DNA of 64,000 bases, taken from the NCBI GenBank assembly GCA_951406725.2, contig OX597823.1:94488001-94552000 (forward strand), read 5' to 3'. Below, in pieces: positions 38,966 through 50,585 of this stretch. Position 1 is the first letter of the stretch. Each line of letters opens with the position of its first letter. The notes under the pieces are model-generated. The model did no database searches. It saw only the letters and a list, made by a program, of their open reading frames with translations, and was not told the origin of the DNA. The stretch is from Octopus vulgaris (lineage: Eukaryota). The position numbers and the translations under genes are program-made.

Positions 38966-39335
38966 GATCTTTGCTGTTTCGGAGGCAGATACATGTGAAT
39001 CATTTATTACAGACTTTATCCCAATACGGATTCAAAATGTCACACACACATAAAAAAAAAAACATTCATTTCGTTAGAAAGTCTTAAAAAGGGAAGAAAA
39101 AAGAAACAACTTATCTTATTTCACAGATTAAAAGAGAAAAAATAAAATTCTAAACTGAAACCTAACCAGTCTTAAAAGTATGGCAGGGTTAAATTTTGTT
39201 TCCTTTTCATTTTATTTCTTCGTTGTTGTTGTTGCTATTAATCTAAATTTCACACAGACAAGAATTCCATTTCAACTTATTTGTGTAACTGAAAATGGTC
39301 TTAAAAGTTAAACAAAGAAAACAGAAATATGATAG

Positions 39336-39500
39336 TGAAGGTGCAATGGCCCAGTGGTTAGGGCAGTGGACTTGTGGTTGTAGGATCGTGGTTTTGATTC
39401 CCAGACTGGGCGTTGTGAGTGTTTATTGAGCGAAAATACCTAAAGCTCCATGTGGTGCCAGCAGGGGGTGGTGGCGAACCCTGCTGTACTCTTTCTGTGA
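39336..39500 (+). mobile_element. tRNA SINE family D; copy 54700-54896 (-)
   Basis: GGTGCAATGGCCCAGTGGTTAGGGCAG A box, GGTTTTGATTCC B-box-like, body TTGTGAGTGTTTATTGAGC.AAAA.ACCTAA.GCTCCA. Confidence 0.75.
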
Positions 39501-40503
39501 GGCCCAGCACTCGAAAGGAACTCAGCCACTTTATGCCCATGAGGCCCAGGAGCTCATATATATATATATATATATATATAAAGAAGCATTGGTTATAAAA
39601 CAAACATGAAATTTGAAATTTGGGTCAACAACTTTACATACAACACCACTCCTCAAACATTTAATCATATATAAAAATCACCATGGTTCCCAAACACATA
39701 AAAAATAATACACTAGCACTTGTGCTGGTGCCACATGAAAAAAAAAACATTCGAGCGAGATTGTTGCCAGTGCCACTGGACTGGCTCCTGTGCAGGTGGC
39801 ACATAAAAAGCACCATTTGAGCGTGGCCATTGCCAGTACCACCTAACTGGCCCTCGTGCCAGTGGAACGTAAAAGCAGCCACTACACTCTCGGAGTGGTT
39901 GGCATTAGGAAGGGCATCCAGCTGTAGAAACTCTGCCAGATCAGATTGGAGTCTGGTGCAGCTATCTGGTTCGCCACACCTCAGTCAAATTATCCAACCC
40001 ATGCTAGCATGGAAAGCCGGTGTTAAACAATGATGATGATGATGATGAAAATCACAGAAGGTAAAAATATATATCCTAATAAAATACAAACAGAACAGCT
40101 AATCAAAAAGTTAAATATAAATGGCTAAAAATTCAAAAACTACCAAAAAATTCTAATAGACAAATATAAAATAAGTAAAGGTAAAAATAAAATAAAATAA
40201 AATAAAATAAATGTCCATTGACTAAAAAAGTTTTATCAGACAATTGAAATATTTTTTTAAAATTTAAAAAAAAATTTTTTTTTCTAAATATTTGAAAAAA
40301 TATTTGAAAAAAAATCTTTTACTTCCCTCATACAAGTACGTCCAAAGTTCACAAGTAAACAGACTTCCACAGATCAAATTCCCAAAATTAATGTTTGTTC
40401 TATAACTAATGCTTCTTTATCTTCGTCTCATTTGTATTTGAGCACTTCTTTTGCAGTCCTATAAACCCTTTTGAAGAGACAAATATTATTCTTGTTGTAT
40501 ACA

Positions 40504-40587
<84 letters not shown>

Positions 40588-41763
40588 TATATAAGAAATA
40601 ATGGTGTCATTGAGACCCAAAGGTGTCAGGTAATGCTGAATAAGTGCTATAGACAGACCATAGTTAAGTTCCGGATTCGGTAATATTGCGAATAAAGGGT
40701 TCAACGTTGGTTCTATGTCAGCGTGTGTATATAAGAATTTTTTGCAGAACAAGATAGATGGATAGAGGGAAAGAGAGATAGATAGATAGGTAAGTAGGTA
40801 GATAGACAAAGAGAGAGGGAGAGAGAAAGAGAAAGAGAAAGAGAGAGTGAGTGAGAGAGAGAGGCTGAACATTTATACAACCTTGGTTTTTTTATCTTAT
40901 TACGCAAAAAATTCTTATATACATATATAGCGAGGTCGTTGCCAGTACCGCCTGACTGGACCCCGTGCCGGTGGCATGTAAAAAGCACCCACTACACTCT
41001 CGGAGTGGTTGGCATTAGGAAGAGCATCCAGCTTTAGATTGGAGCCTGGTGCAGCCATCTGGTTCACCAGCCCTCAGTCAAAATCGTCAAACCCATGCTA
41101 GCTTGGAAAACGGACGTTAAACGATGATGATGATGATGATATACACACATGTGAGTAGACAAATGAAAGTGAAAGAAGGGCACTCAACACATTTATTGGA
41201 AGTTGTATGTATGGATCACCAAAGAATTTGAAATTTGAATCCAACTGTTCTGATCCACATGTGTGTGTGTATGTGTGTGTGTGTGTGTGTGCATCTTTGT
41301 GTCAGTGTTTGTCACCCACCATCAAGTGTTGGTGTGTTTATGTCCCTGTAGCTTAGCTGTTCATCAAAAGGGACTGATAGAATAAGTAACCAGCTTAAAA
41401 AATCATAAAAGTAGTGGGGTCAATTCATTTGACTAAAAAAACTCTCCAAGGTGCTGCCCCAGCATGGCCACAGTCTAATGACTAGAACAAGTAAACAATA
41501 AAAGATAATTATTCACCATGACTAAAGCATAAGACTAAACACAACCAGCAGCAGTCACTCAAAACTCACAGCTCTGAAACCTAATTATTGTTTCTGTATC
41601 ATTTGCTCTCTCAGACTCTCAAGTTCTTTTCTTTGCTTGGCTGAGGAATTCTGAGAAGCTAAAACAAGACTAACACAAGTTCTATTCCACTGAACTCACT
41701 CAAAGCCAAAATCGAAGCTAAATTCTCTGATCCTTGAAATGGCTTTCAGGAACAGATGTTCAG

Positions 41764-41764
<1 letters not shown>

Positions 41765-41803
<39 letters not shown>

Positions 41804-41861
41804 TCACTCTATCTATCTACCTACTTACCTATCAGTCTATCTCTCTCTCTCTCTCTCTCCC

Positions 41862-41905
<44 letters not shown>

Positions 41906-41955
41906 CGTATCTATCTATCTACCTCTCTTTCTGTCTCAGTATTTCTCTCTTTCAC

Positions 41956-42042
<87 letters not shown>

Positions 42043-42051
42043 GTCTATCTG

Positions 42052-42092
<41 letters not shown>

Positions 42093-42277
42093 ATCTATCT
42101 ATCTACATATCTATCTATCTACCTCTCTTTGTGTCTCAGTATTTCTCTCTTTCTCTCTCTATCTATCTATCTATGTATCTATCTATCTGTCTGTCTGTCT
42201 GTCTGTCCGTCCGTCCGTCCGTCCGTCTGTCCATCTATCTATCTATCTATCTATCTACCTCCCTTTCTGTCTCAGTA

Positions 42278-42348
<71 letters not shown>

Positions 42349-42390
42349 ATATATATATATATAGATATATATATATATATATATATATCA
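41765..42390. repeat. Compound (CT)n/(ATCT)n microsatellite with a three-fold higher-order unit
   Basis: Anchor acctcYcttt.tgtctcagtatttctctctttc at about 41921, 42121 and 42257. Confidence 0.9.
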
Positions 42391-43420
42391 TTCTCGTCCT
42401 TTCGCAAGCATACAACATACTCTTATTACGACTAGTGGTGCTGCTACTGTCACTACCATCTTCACTATCATCATTGTCGCCACCACCACCAGTATCATCA
42501 TCATCATCATCATTGTAGCTGTCATCGCAGTCATCTTTGTCATCATGTTGTTTACCATCTATCAAAGCATGACTGCAGTCAAGTGGTTGGAACCAGTACA
42601 ATAATGGAAAACAGAGATGACAAGAACCGTGATGATGATGATGACGATGATGACGACGACGACGACGGTGGTGGTGGTGGTGGTGGTGGAATTTTAGTGA
42701 TGATGATGGTGATGATGATGATGATGATGATGAAGATGATGATGACGATGATGATGATGATGTGGAGGATGATGATGACGATGATGACAATGACAATGTC
42801 AGTGGTGGTGATGATTTTTGATGATGATGACAACGACGGTGGTGGTGGTGGCGATGGTGGTGATGATAATGATGATGATGATAGTGATGACGATGATGAC
42901 AATGATGATAAGGAGGAGGAGGAGGACGATGACAATGGCGGTGGTGGTGATGATTTTTGATGATGATGATGATGATGATTATTGACGGTGGTGATGATGG
43001 TAGCGATGGAATTGGAAATGGTGGCTATGACCACGACAAGAGGTGTGCATTTACAGATGCTCATGTAAGCTCGTGTGTCTGTTTACCTGATATCTTCAAG
43101 GAATATTCTCCATTCTTTTCAATTCCTCCAGCAGAAAAACAGAGAAGACTTGTTCTGTGCATCGTGGCAGGGCGGGGGCGGGGGAGGCACTCTTCAACTA
43201 CACAGGTTTTAGATTAATTCCTGAAAACTATTCTGACCTTAAAACCATTTACAGCAATTCTTGCACATACATGATACATTTCTGTGTGTGTGTGTATGTG
43301 TGTGTGTGTGTGTGCGCGTGTGTGTGTGTTTGAGTGTGTGTGTGTGTGTGTGTGTGCTTGTGTGTGTATATATATATATATATGTATGTATGTGTATATA
43401 TGTGTGTGTGTATCTATCTA

Positions 43421-43462
<42 letters not shown>

Positions 43463-43516
43463 TGTATAACCCATGCTAGCATGGAAAGCGGACGTTAAAC
43501 GATGATGATGATGATG

Positions 43517-43657
<141 letters not shown>

Positions 43658-43840
43658 CATACATATATATATAAATATATATATATATATATGTATATAC
43701 TTTTGTACCTGGTCTATATATCACATATACATGTATGTAGTATGTACAGATGTATGTACATACATGCACATACACAGACACACACAAGTGTGTGTATGTA
43801 TATGTATATATGTGTATTATATATATATATATATATATAT

Positions 43841-43880
<40 letters not shown>

Positions 43881-44672
43881 CATATATAGATAGATATATA
43901 GACAGACATGTGTGTGTGTATTTGCTTTATCGTTTGATGAAAATATTCTGTGACAGAATGTACTTCGATTTATCAACAACACCATATAGAAATGCTATTC
44001 TTAAACATACAAAACCTTTGTGGTTTTATGGTTTCACAAATTTCTCCATGAGCTCTATTGATGTTTTACAAAAAGATTATGCAAACAATACTTTTTACTC
44101 TTACTTACAAAAGACAGCTAAAGACATATATATCTTAGCCAGGTTTATATTTATGTTGTACCAAATTAATATCTTTTCATTGGATCTTCTGGTTATATAA
44201 ATAACATTTTATTCAGATTAACCAAAAAAGATTCATTTGCGGATTATTTTTTTCTTGTCATCAGTTGTGAGTCTTCCCCAAAGAAACCAAGCTTTTAGTT
44301 TGTGGAAACTGAATTTCGTTTTGTGTTTAAATGTCCTATACAGCCAAAGAGAGTCATTTGGTCTCATTTCTATCTCAAGGGCATTATTAACGCCTTTCAT
44401 ATCAATCTGCCTAAGACCACCCCTGGTTGTATAATATAAACTTCTGGTTTTAAAATGATCTAGATTAAAACTGCCCATCAGAACTTCATGTTCCAAACAC
44501 CAGCTTAATAATGACAAAGTTGTTTCACTAAATCCTTTGTTATTTTCGAAATTACTCAAAATAAGGGCTGTGTATTTCAATACAAATATGGTAACAAAAG
44601 TATTAAAGTGATCTAAAATTAAAACTGTCAATCAGAACTCCAGATTAATATATGATCCAAACACCAGCTTAA

Positions 44673-45530
44673 CCCCTAAATGGATTATCCCAAGTTTACT
44701 CGTGCATCACAAATGTATCTTTTTAGAACCAGACAAGTATACTCGGTCAAAATTAACTTTTAATTTTAGCACTCAAACGAGTTAACTTGTTTTGTGTCAT
44801 TTCATTTTTGAGCAATCACGAATTTACTCGCGTTGTCATACACCTGGCAGCACATATTCTGGAGCCATTTCAAAGAATTTATGCTTCTGAGTTTTGAACT
44901 TTTGCTTCAGTGCATACTCAGATTCAGGAGTAGGTTGATGTCATTTTAGAACCGTCTCATTTTGATTCTCTATTATTTATACAAATAAGAGAATTATTTA
45001 TGCACGAAACAAGGAAGACCATCATCGATCCCACATCCAACAAGATTTGCCCCATCTGGTCACTTTCCCATGGAAATACCTCTTAGTGATAAGAAAAAGA
45101 ACCCTACAAGGCAGTGTGCAAAATGCGCAGAGAAGAGAAACACTAAAAGAAATAAGATTCAAAGAGAAAGTAGCTACATGTGTGATGTCTGCAAGATAAC
45201 TTTGTGTGTAACTCCTTGTTTTAAAAATTATCATCCTAAATAAACTGTCTATCTCATTTTTAAAAACTTTTCCTTTGATTTAAAAGCAATACATCTTATA
45301 AAAAATTGAAGATAGTTAAGTTATATGTATTTTTTCAATGTCTGAGCTAACTTGTTTAAATCCAAATGAGTAAAAATACATTTTAATTTCTATAATAAAA
45401 AATAAAGGAAACAAGATAAAAAAACCTTTTTTTTTTTTTTGTAATTAACACTGTATATAATTAAAAAAGGGAATCAAAGAATATGCTCTGAAATGAAACG
45501 CCATGTCAAAATAATTGATCCATAAAGGGG
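44673..45530 (+). mobile_element. Non-autonomous piggyBac retaining the transposase C-terminal Cys-rich domain
   Basis: TTAA|CCCCTAAATGGATTA ... TGATCCATAAAGGGG|TTAA; 45058-45243 encodes GHFPMEIP...PTRQCAKC...RESSYMCDVCKITLCVTPCFKNYHPK*. Confidence 0.92.
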
Positions 45531-46590
45531 TTAATAATGACAAAATTATTTTATTAAATTCTTTGTTATTTTCGAATTAAGTGAAACAAAACTGCATTTC
45601 AATAGAAATATGGCAACAAATGGCTTAACGTGATCTAAATTAAATGTTTCTGTGAAGATTGCATGTTAATTTTTGTTGCAGACCCCGGCTTAGAAATACT
45701 TGACCCAGTTTCAATGTTAGAAATCATTAATACAAACATGAAATAAAGTATGAGCAGAAGGTGTATAAACGTGCGATGATGATAAATGCTTTTTGACGTT
45801 GTCTGCTGAAGTATGTTGGTGGTATGCGTTGTGAAGAACGGTTGAAAGAAAATGAAATGTTTGCAAGTTGGTATGTAGACGGTGGAAAAAAATGTGTTTC
45901 TAACAACAACTGAACTGTGGCAATGTTCTTGAGGAAAAAATAAACAAAAAAAGGAATAAAAGAGAGAGATGTAGAGAGGAACCAGAAGAAAGAGAAAAAG
46001 GAAAAGAAAATCATAGTGTCCAATTTCAGATATATATACACAAGTGGGTAATATATACACCGGAAGTGCTTATGGCCAGAAACTTAGCTGATGGATTCAT
46101 TTCATGAAAATGTTGCAAATTAGTAAAGCTGTTTACAGCCGTTCTTCAGAAAGAATGGAAAGAGGAAATACAACTGCAACAACAACAATAACAACAACAA
46201 CTCAATAAAATAACTGCTATCGTTATTTATATAAGTTATTATGATTTTAATAAGATTCTGAAACATAAATGATCATTTACCTGAGATGTAGGTATGTGCA
46301 TACGTGGGCTCGTTTCCGGTGTTGTTGTTGTTGATGATGTTTAGCCCCAGGTCAGCTCTGATAGAACCAGCCTCTGGGACACAGTGAGTTGAATCATTAA
46401 ACATGGCTCATATCTACTCCTGATATATAACATAGATTCAATTAGCCAAAGACTTATTGCATATCACAACATGCAATGGTCATTTATACAAGAAAACTGT
46501 GTGACACACAGTTTGGTCGTGTTGAGCTCTTTTTCAAAAAGAGCAGCCAATTTGCAATAACCTTTCTCTTTTATTTGTATCATATATATA

Positions 46591-46644
<54 letters not shown>

Positions 46645-46648
<4 letters not shown>

Positions 46649-47182
46649 GGTGAGTCAAAAAGTAATGCCATTTTGTTTAGGACAGGTATAATTACCAACA
46701 CATTGGAACATGTATTATACATCAAAATGAAGCTGGTCCTATGTTGATCACATCCCTACTGCTCAACATAGTCACTGTTTCTCTCAATAGCAATGTTCTA
46801 CCTTTGAATGAGAACATGTATCCCTGCCACGTAAAATTCTGTTGACTGTTCTTTGTGTCACTTCTTTACTATAGTTTTCACTTCTTCATCACCAGATTTA
46901 GCGCCTTCAGACTATAATCTCTTCGGCCCCTTGAATGAGGGTTTGAAAGGCAAACATTATTCCAGTGACAGGGAAGTGAAAACAGTCAACAGAATTTTAC
47001 GTGGCAGGGATACATGCTCTCATTTGAAGGTGGAACATTGCTATTGAGAGAAACAGTGACTATGTTGAGAAGTAGGGATGTGATCCACAGAGGACCAGCT
47101 TCATTTTGATGTATGATACACGTTCCTGTGTTGGTAATTATACCTGTTCTAAACAAAATGCCATTACTTTTTGACTCACCCT
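46645..47182. mobile_element. Palindromic non-autonomous mariner built from two 3' ends
   Basis: Arms 46647-46850 / 46981-47182, TIR GAGGGTGAGTCAAAAAGTAATGC after (TA)n; the loop encodes SPDLAPSDYNLFGPL. Confidence 0.9.
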
Positions 47183-47335
47183 TTCTGTAGAAGAGCGTAG
47201 GCTCGAAATGTAAAAGACTTTTTCTATTCCTGAGTGTTATACCAATACATCTGTTTGTTTTGTACACCACCTGTCTTCATCTTTTGTTTTTTTCGTAAAC
47301 TCTCTCTATATATAAATATATATATGTATATGTAT

Positions 47336-47389
<54 letters not shown>

Positions 47390-47406
47390 TACACATAATT
47401 ATATAA

Positions 47407-47550
47407 CAAACCCTAGGCTGTGAGGAGTTTTCAGAATATTTATAATGAAATAGTCTTACAGCTGTTTCTGGGATATCCATAATATCCCAGAAACAGCTGT
47501 AAGACGATTTCATTATAAATGTCCTGAAAACTCCTCACAGCCTTGGCTTT
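47407..47550. repeat. Foldback repeat carrying the hammerhead 3' half (GAAACAGCTGTAAGA) on both arms
   Basis: ggctgtgaggagttttcag...tcttacagctgtttctgggatat-ccata-atatcccagaaacagctgtaaga...ctgaaaactcctcacagcc. Confidence 0.8.
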
Positions 47551-47732
47551 GTTATCTCATTCTGTGTAATAAATATATATGCATGCTAATACAAGACCCA
47601 CATTAGACTCCTTACTCATATCATTATCGAACCAAGAGTTTAACTATGGTCTGTCCATAGCACTTACTTAGCATTACCTGCCGCTCTTTGGTCTTCTAGC
47701 TACCAATACCTCTCATACCATCACAATATATA

Positions 47733-47787
<55 letters not shown>

Positions 47788-48283
47788 CTGAGAATTTGGT
47801 TAAACATCACCATCATCATTAACATAATTTAATGTCTGCTTTCCATGCTGGCATGTGTTGGACAGTTTGACTGAAAACTGGTAAGCTGGGGACTTGCACC
47901 AGGTTCCAATCTGATTTGGCATGATTTCAATGGTGGGATGCTCTTCCTAATACCAACCATTCTGAGAGTGTAGTGGGAGCTTTTTACATGCCGCTGGCAC
48001 AGATGCCAGTTACGAAACACTGGTATCAGCCATGACTATTGCCAAAGGTGTCAGCCCCTTGTCACTGCCTCCATGAGGCCCAGTATTCAAGCAGTGCTTT
48101 TTATGTGCCACCAGCGTGAAAACCATCACTTTTAGATTGATTTAAATTAATTACGTTTCTTCATTGCATAATTAAATAAATAATGATATTTATTACCAAC
48201 AAAAACTTTTTTGAGCAAAATTAAGTTATAAACTATACATAAATTTATGCTTTGCAGCCTTTTATTCTCTCTTTATACATATC

Positions 48284-48330
<47 letters not shown>

Positions 48331-48485
48331 AGAAACTTACATACATACAACATACACACGTATAGATACATATATATTTATACACGCACACATACAAAAA
48401 GAAACAAACAATCAAGTAGTGCTCCAGCATGGCCACAGTCCAATGACTGATAGAAATAAGAGAATAAAAAATAAAATATACACAC

Positions 48486-48549
<64 letters not shown>

Positions 48550-48555
<6 letters not shown>

Positions 48556-48860
48556 GTTAAAGGTGAGTGAACACATAGAAAGGTGTACCAGGAATCTTAA
48601 TCCTAATTTCCAAATCTTCCCCTTCTATCAATGTTCACAGAACACCACAATTCAACAAAGGTTGAATAAAGAGGCATTTTTCATCAATAAATATCTCCCC
48701 CAATTAAATATGAACACACAACTCAATACAGAACACCACTAACCCTTCAATTTAAACCACTAACCCCTATACACTTCCTACACCACTCACATCTCTAAAT
48801 CCAGAACTACATGCCTCCCTTACAAATAATCCAGAACTACATACCTCCCTTACAAATAAT
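48550..48860 (+). mobile_element. Penelope-like element 3' fragment (GIY-YIG endonuclease C-terminus)
   Basis: RQLKVSEHIERC....PNFQIFPFYQC....QQRLNKEAFFINKYLPQLN matches the H..C / R...E..FI....P.LN end of PLE GIY-YIG domains; it starts directly after (TA)n. Confidence 0.75.
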
Positions 48861-48869
48861 CTTTTTTCT

Positions 48870-49277
48870 CAGGAACTATTAGACCTGACAACCGTGTATT
48901 AGCAGGTGTTTTCAAAGTGATGAATAGCTTTGCGGAAACCATTTTGCAAATTGATTTGATACTATCTGCTGTGTTAACGACATTGGAATGAAATACTCCA
49001 TTAATATTCCGAGCTGTCTGAGATGCTGTATTTCCAAGAAAGAACTCATATTTCAAAACTGTACAAATTTCCAACTTATCAATCTCTAAACAAAAATAGC
49101 AAAAATCAATTCATAAATACTTTATAAAATGCAAAATGAATTCGAATAAAGAAACAGATGTGTCAGCTTTCTAACAAAAAATAAAGGTTGTCAAAATATA
49201 ATAATGGCACAAAATGAGCAGCTGTCAAAATTAACCATATACCTTACTACAAATTTCATACTTGATGATCAAATATA
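48870..49277 (-). mobile_element. Mariner 5' end with N-terminal transposase remnant
   Basis: KLEICTVLKYEFFLGNTASQTARNINGVF (mariner HTH N-terminus); TIR-like TATTTGATCATCAAGTATGAAATT at 49251-49275. Confidence 0.7.
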
Positions 49278-50349
49278 TATCTACCCAAGAATTTTATATC
49301 AGGTAAACGAGATTAACAGTTTAACTTCAATGCATAAATCTACCCCAAGAATGTTATACGAGGTAGATAAGAATGATAGTTTAACCTCAATGCATAAATC
49401 TACCCGAGAATATAATATCAGATAGATGAGATATATAGTTTAACCACAATGCATAAATCTACCTGAGAATGTTACATCGGGTAGTTGAGATATATAGTTT
49501 AACCACAATGCATAAATCTACCCGCAAAAGTTATATGGGGTAGACGAGATTAACAGATTAACCTCAATGCATAAATCTACCCAAGAATGTTATATGGGGT
49601 AGACGAGATTAACATTTTAACTTCAATGCATAAATCTACCCGAAAATGTTATATGGGGTAGATGACATTAACAGTTTAACCTCAATGCATAACTCTACCC
49701 GAGAATATTACATTGGGTAGACGAGATTAACATTTTAACCTCAATGCATAAATCTACCCGAGAATGTTATATGGGGTAGACGAGATTAACATTTTAACTT
49801 CAATGCATAAATCTACCCGAGAATATTACATCGGGTAGTTGAGATTAACATTTTAACCTCAATGCATAAATCTACCCAAGAATGTTATATGGTTTAGACG
49901 ACATTAACAGTTTAACCTCAATGCATAAATCTACCCGAGAATATTACATCGGGTAGTTGAGATGTATAGTTTAACCTCAATGCATAAATCTACCCAAGAA
50001 TGTTATATGGTTTAGACGACATTAACAGTTTAACCTCAATGCATAAATCTACCCGAGAATATTACATCGGGTAGTTGAGATGTATAGTTTAACCTCAATG
50101 CATAAATCTACCCAAGAATGTTATATGGTTTAGACGACATTAACAGTTTAACCCCAATGCATAAATCTACCCGAGAATGTTATATGGGGTAGACAACATT
50201 AAGAGTTTAACCTCAATGCATAAATCTACCCAAGAATGTTATATGGGGTAGACAACATTAACAGTTTAACCTCAATGCATAAATCTACCCGAGAATATTA
50301 CATCAGGTAGTTAAGATGTATAGTTTAACTTCAATGCATAAATCTACCC
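49278..50349. repeat. 59-bp tandem array (18 units plus a partial), with hairpin-forming units
   Basis: ATGCATAAATCTACC recurs at 49330 and 49390, then every 59 bp to 50334; internal inverted repeats CTACCCGA/TCGGGTAG and TTAACYTCAA/TTGAGATTAA. Confidence 0.97.
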
Positions 50350-50405
50350 TTAACTTTCTATATTTATTGAAGACTTCACCAACTGCAATTCAAAGAACAT
50401 ACATA

Positions 50406-50585
50406 TTACATCATGTTAATGCCGTCAGTCTGTAAATATGGTAAACGGCCAGAATTTGGCACTGTTTTCATCAAAACATATTTCTTTGTGTTTATGGTTC
50501 CGTCGGGTGGTGGAGCCGTACCAATGATACTTGTAACCTTTGCAGAGCATCCGACATTGCTGAGATTAATATAGCTCACGTTCAC
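50406..50585 (-). CDS. Candidate coding exon of an unidentified host gene
   Basis: Non-repetitive, CpG-containing. Acceptor attgtttcag|GTG at 50586/50585; open frame VNVSYINLSNVGCSAKVTSIIGTAPPPDGTINTKKYVLMKTVPNSGRLPYLQTDGINMM ends in TAA or at a GTAATA donor (50409). No family recognised. Confidence 0.3.
   Translation of the reverse strand: MNVSYINLSNVGCSAKVTSIIGTAPPPDGTINTKKYVLMKTVPNSGRLPYLQTDGINMM

Noticed and set aside
45682-45746. Possible + strand terminal exon (ttttgttgcag|..PGLEILDPVSMLEIINTNMK*)
   Set aside because: Too short, with no supporting upstream exons; expected by chance.
49278-50349. CRISPR array (conserved 25-nt repeat plus ~34-nt variable part)
   Set aside because: The variable parts are homologous to each other and recur, the context is eukaryotic, and there are no cas genes; it is a minisatellite.
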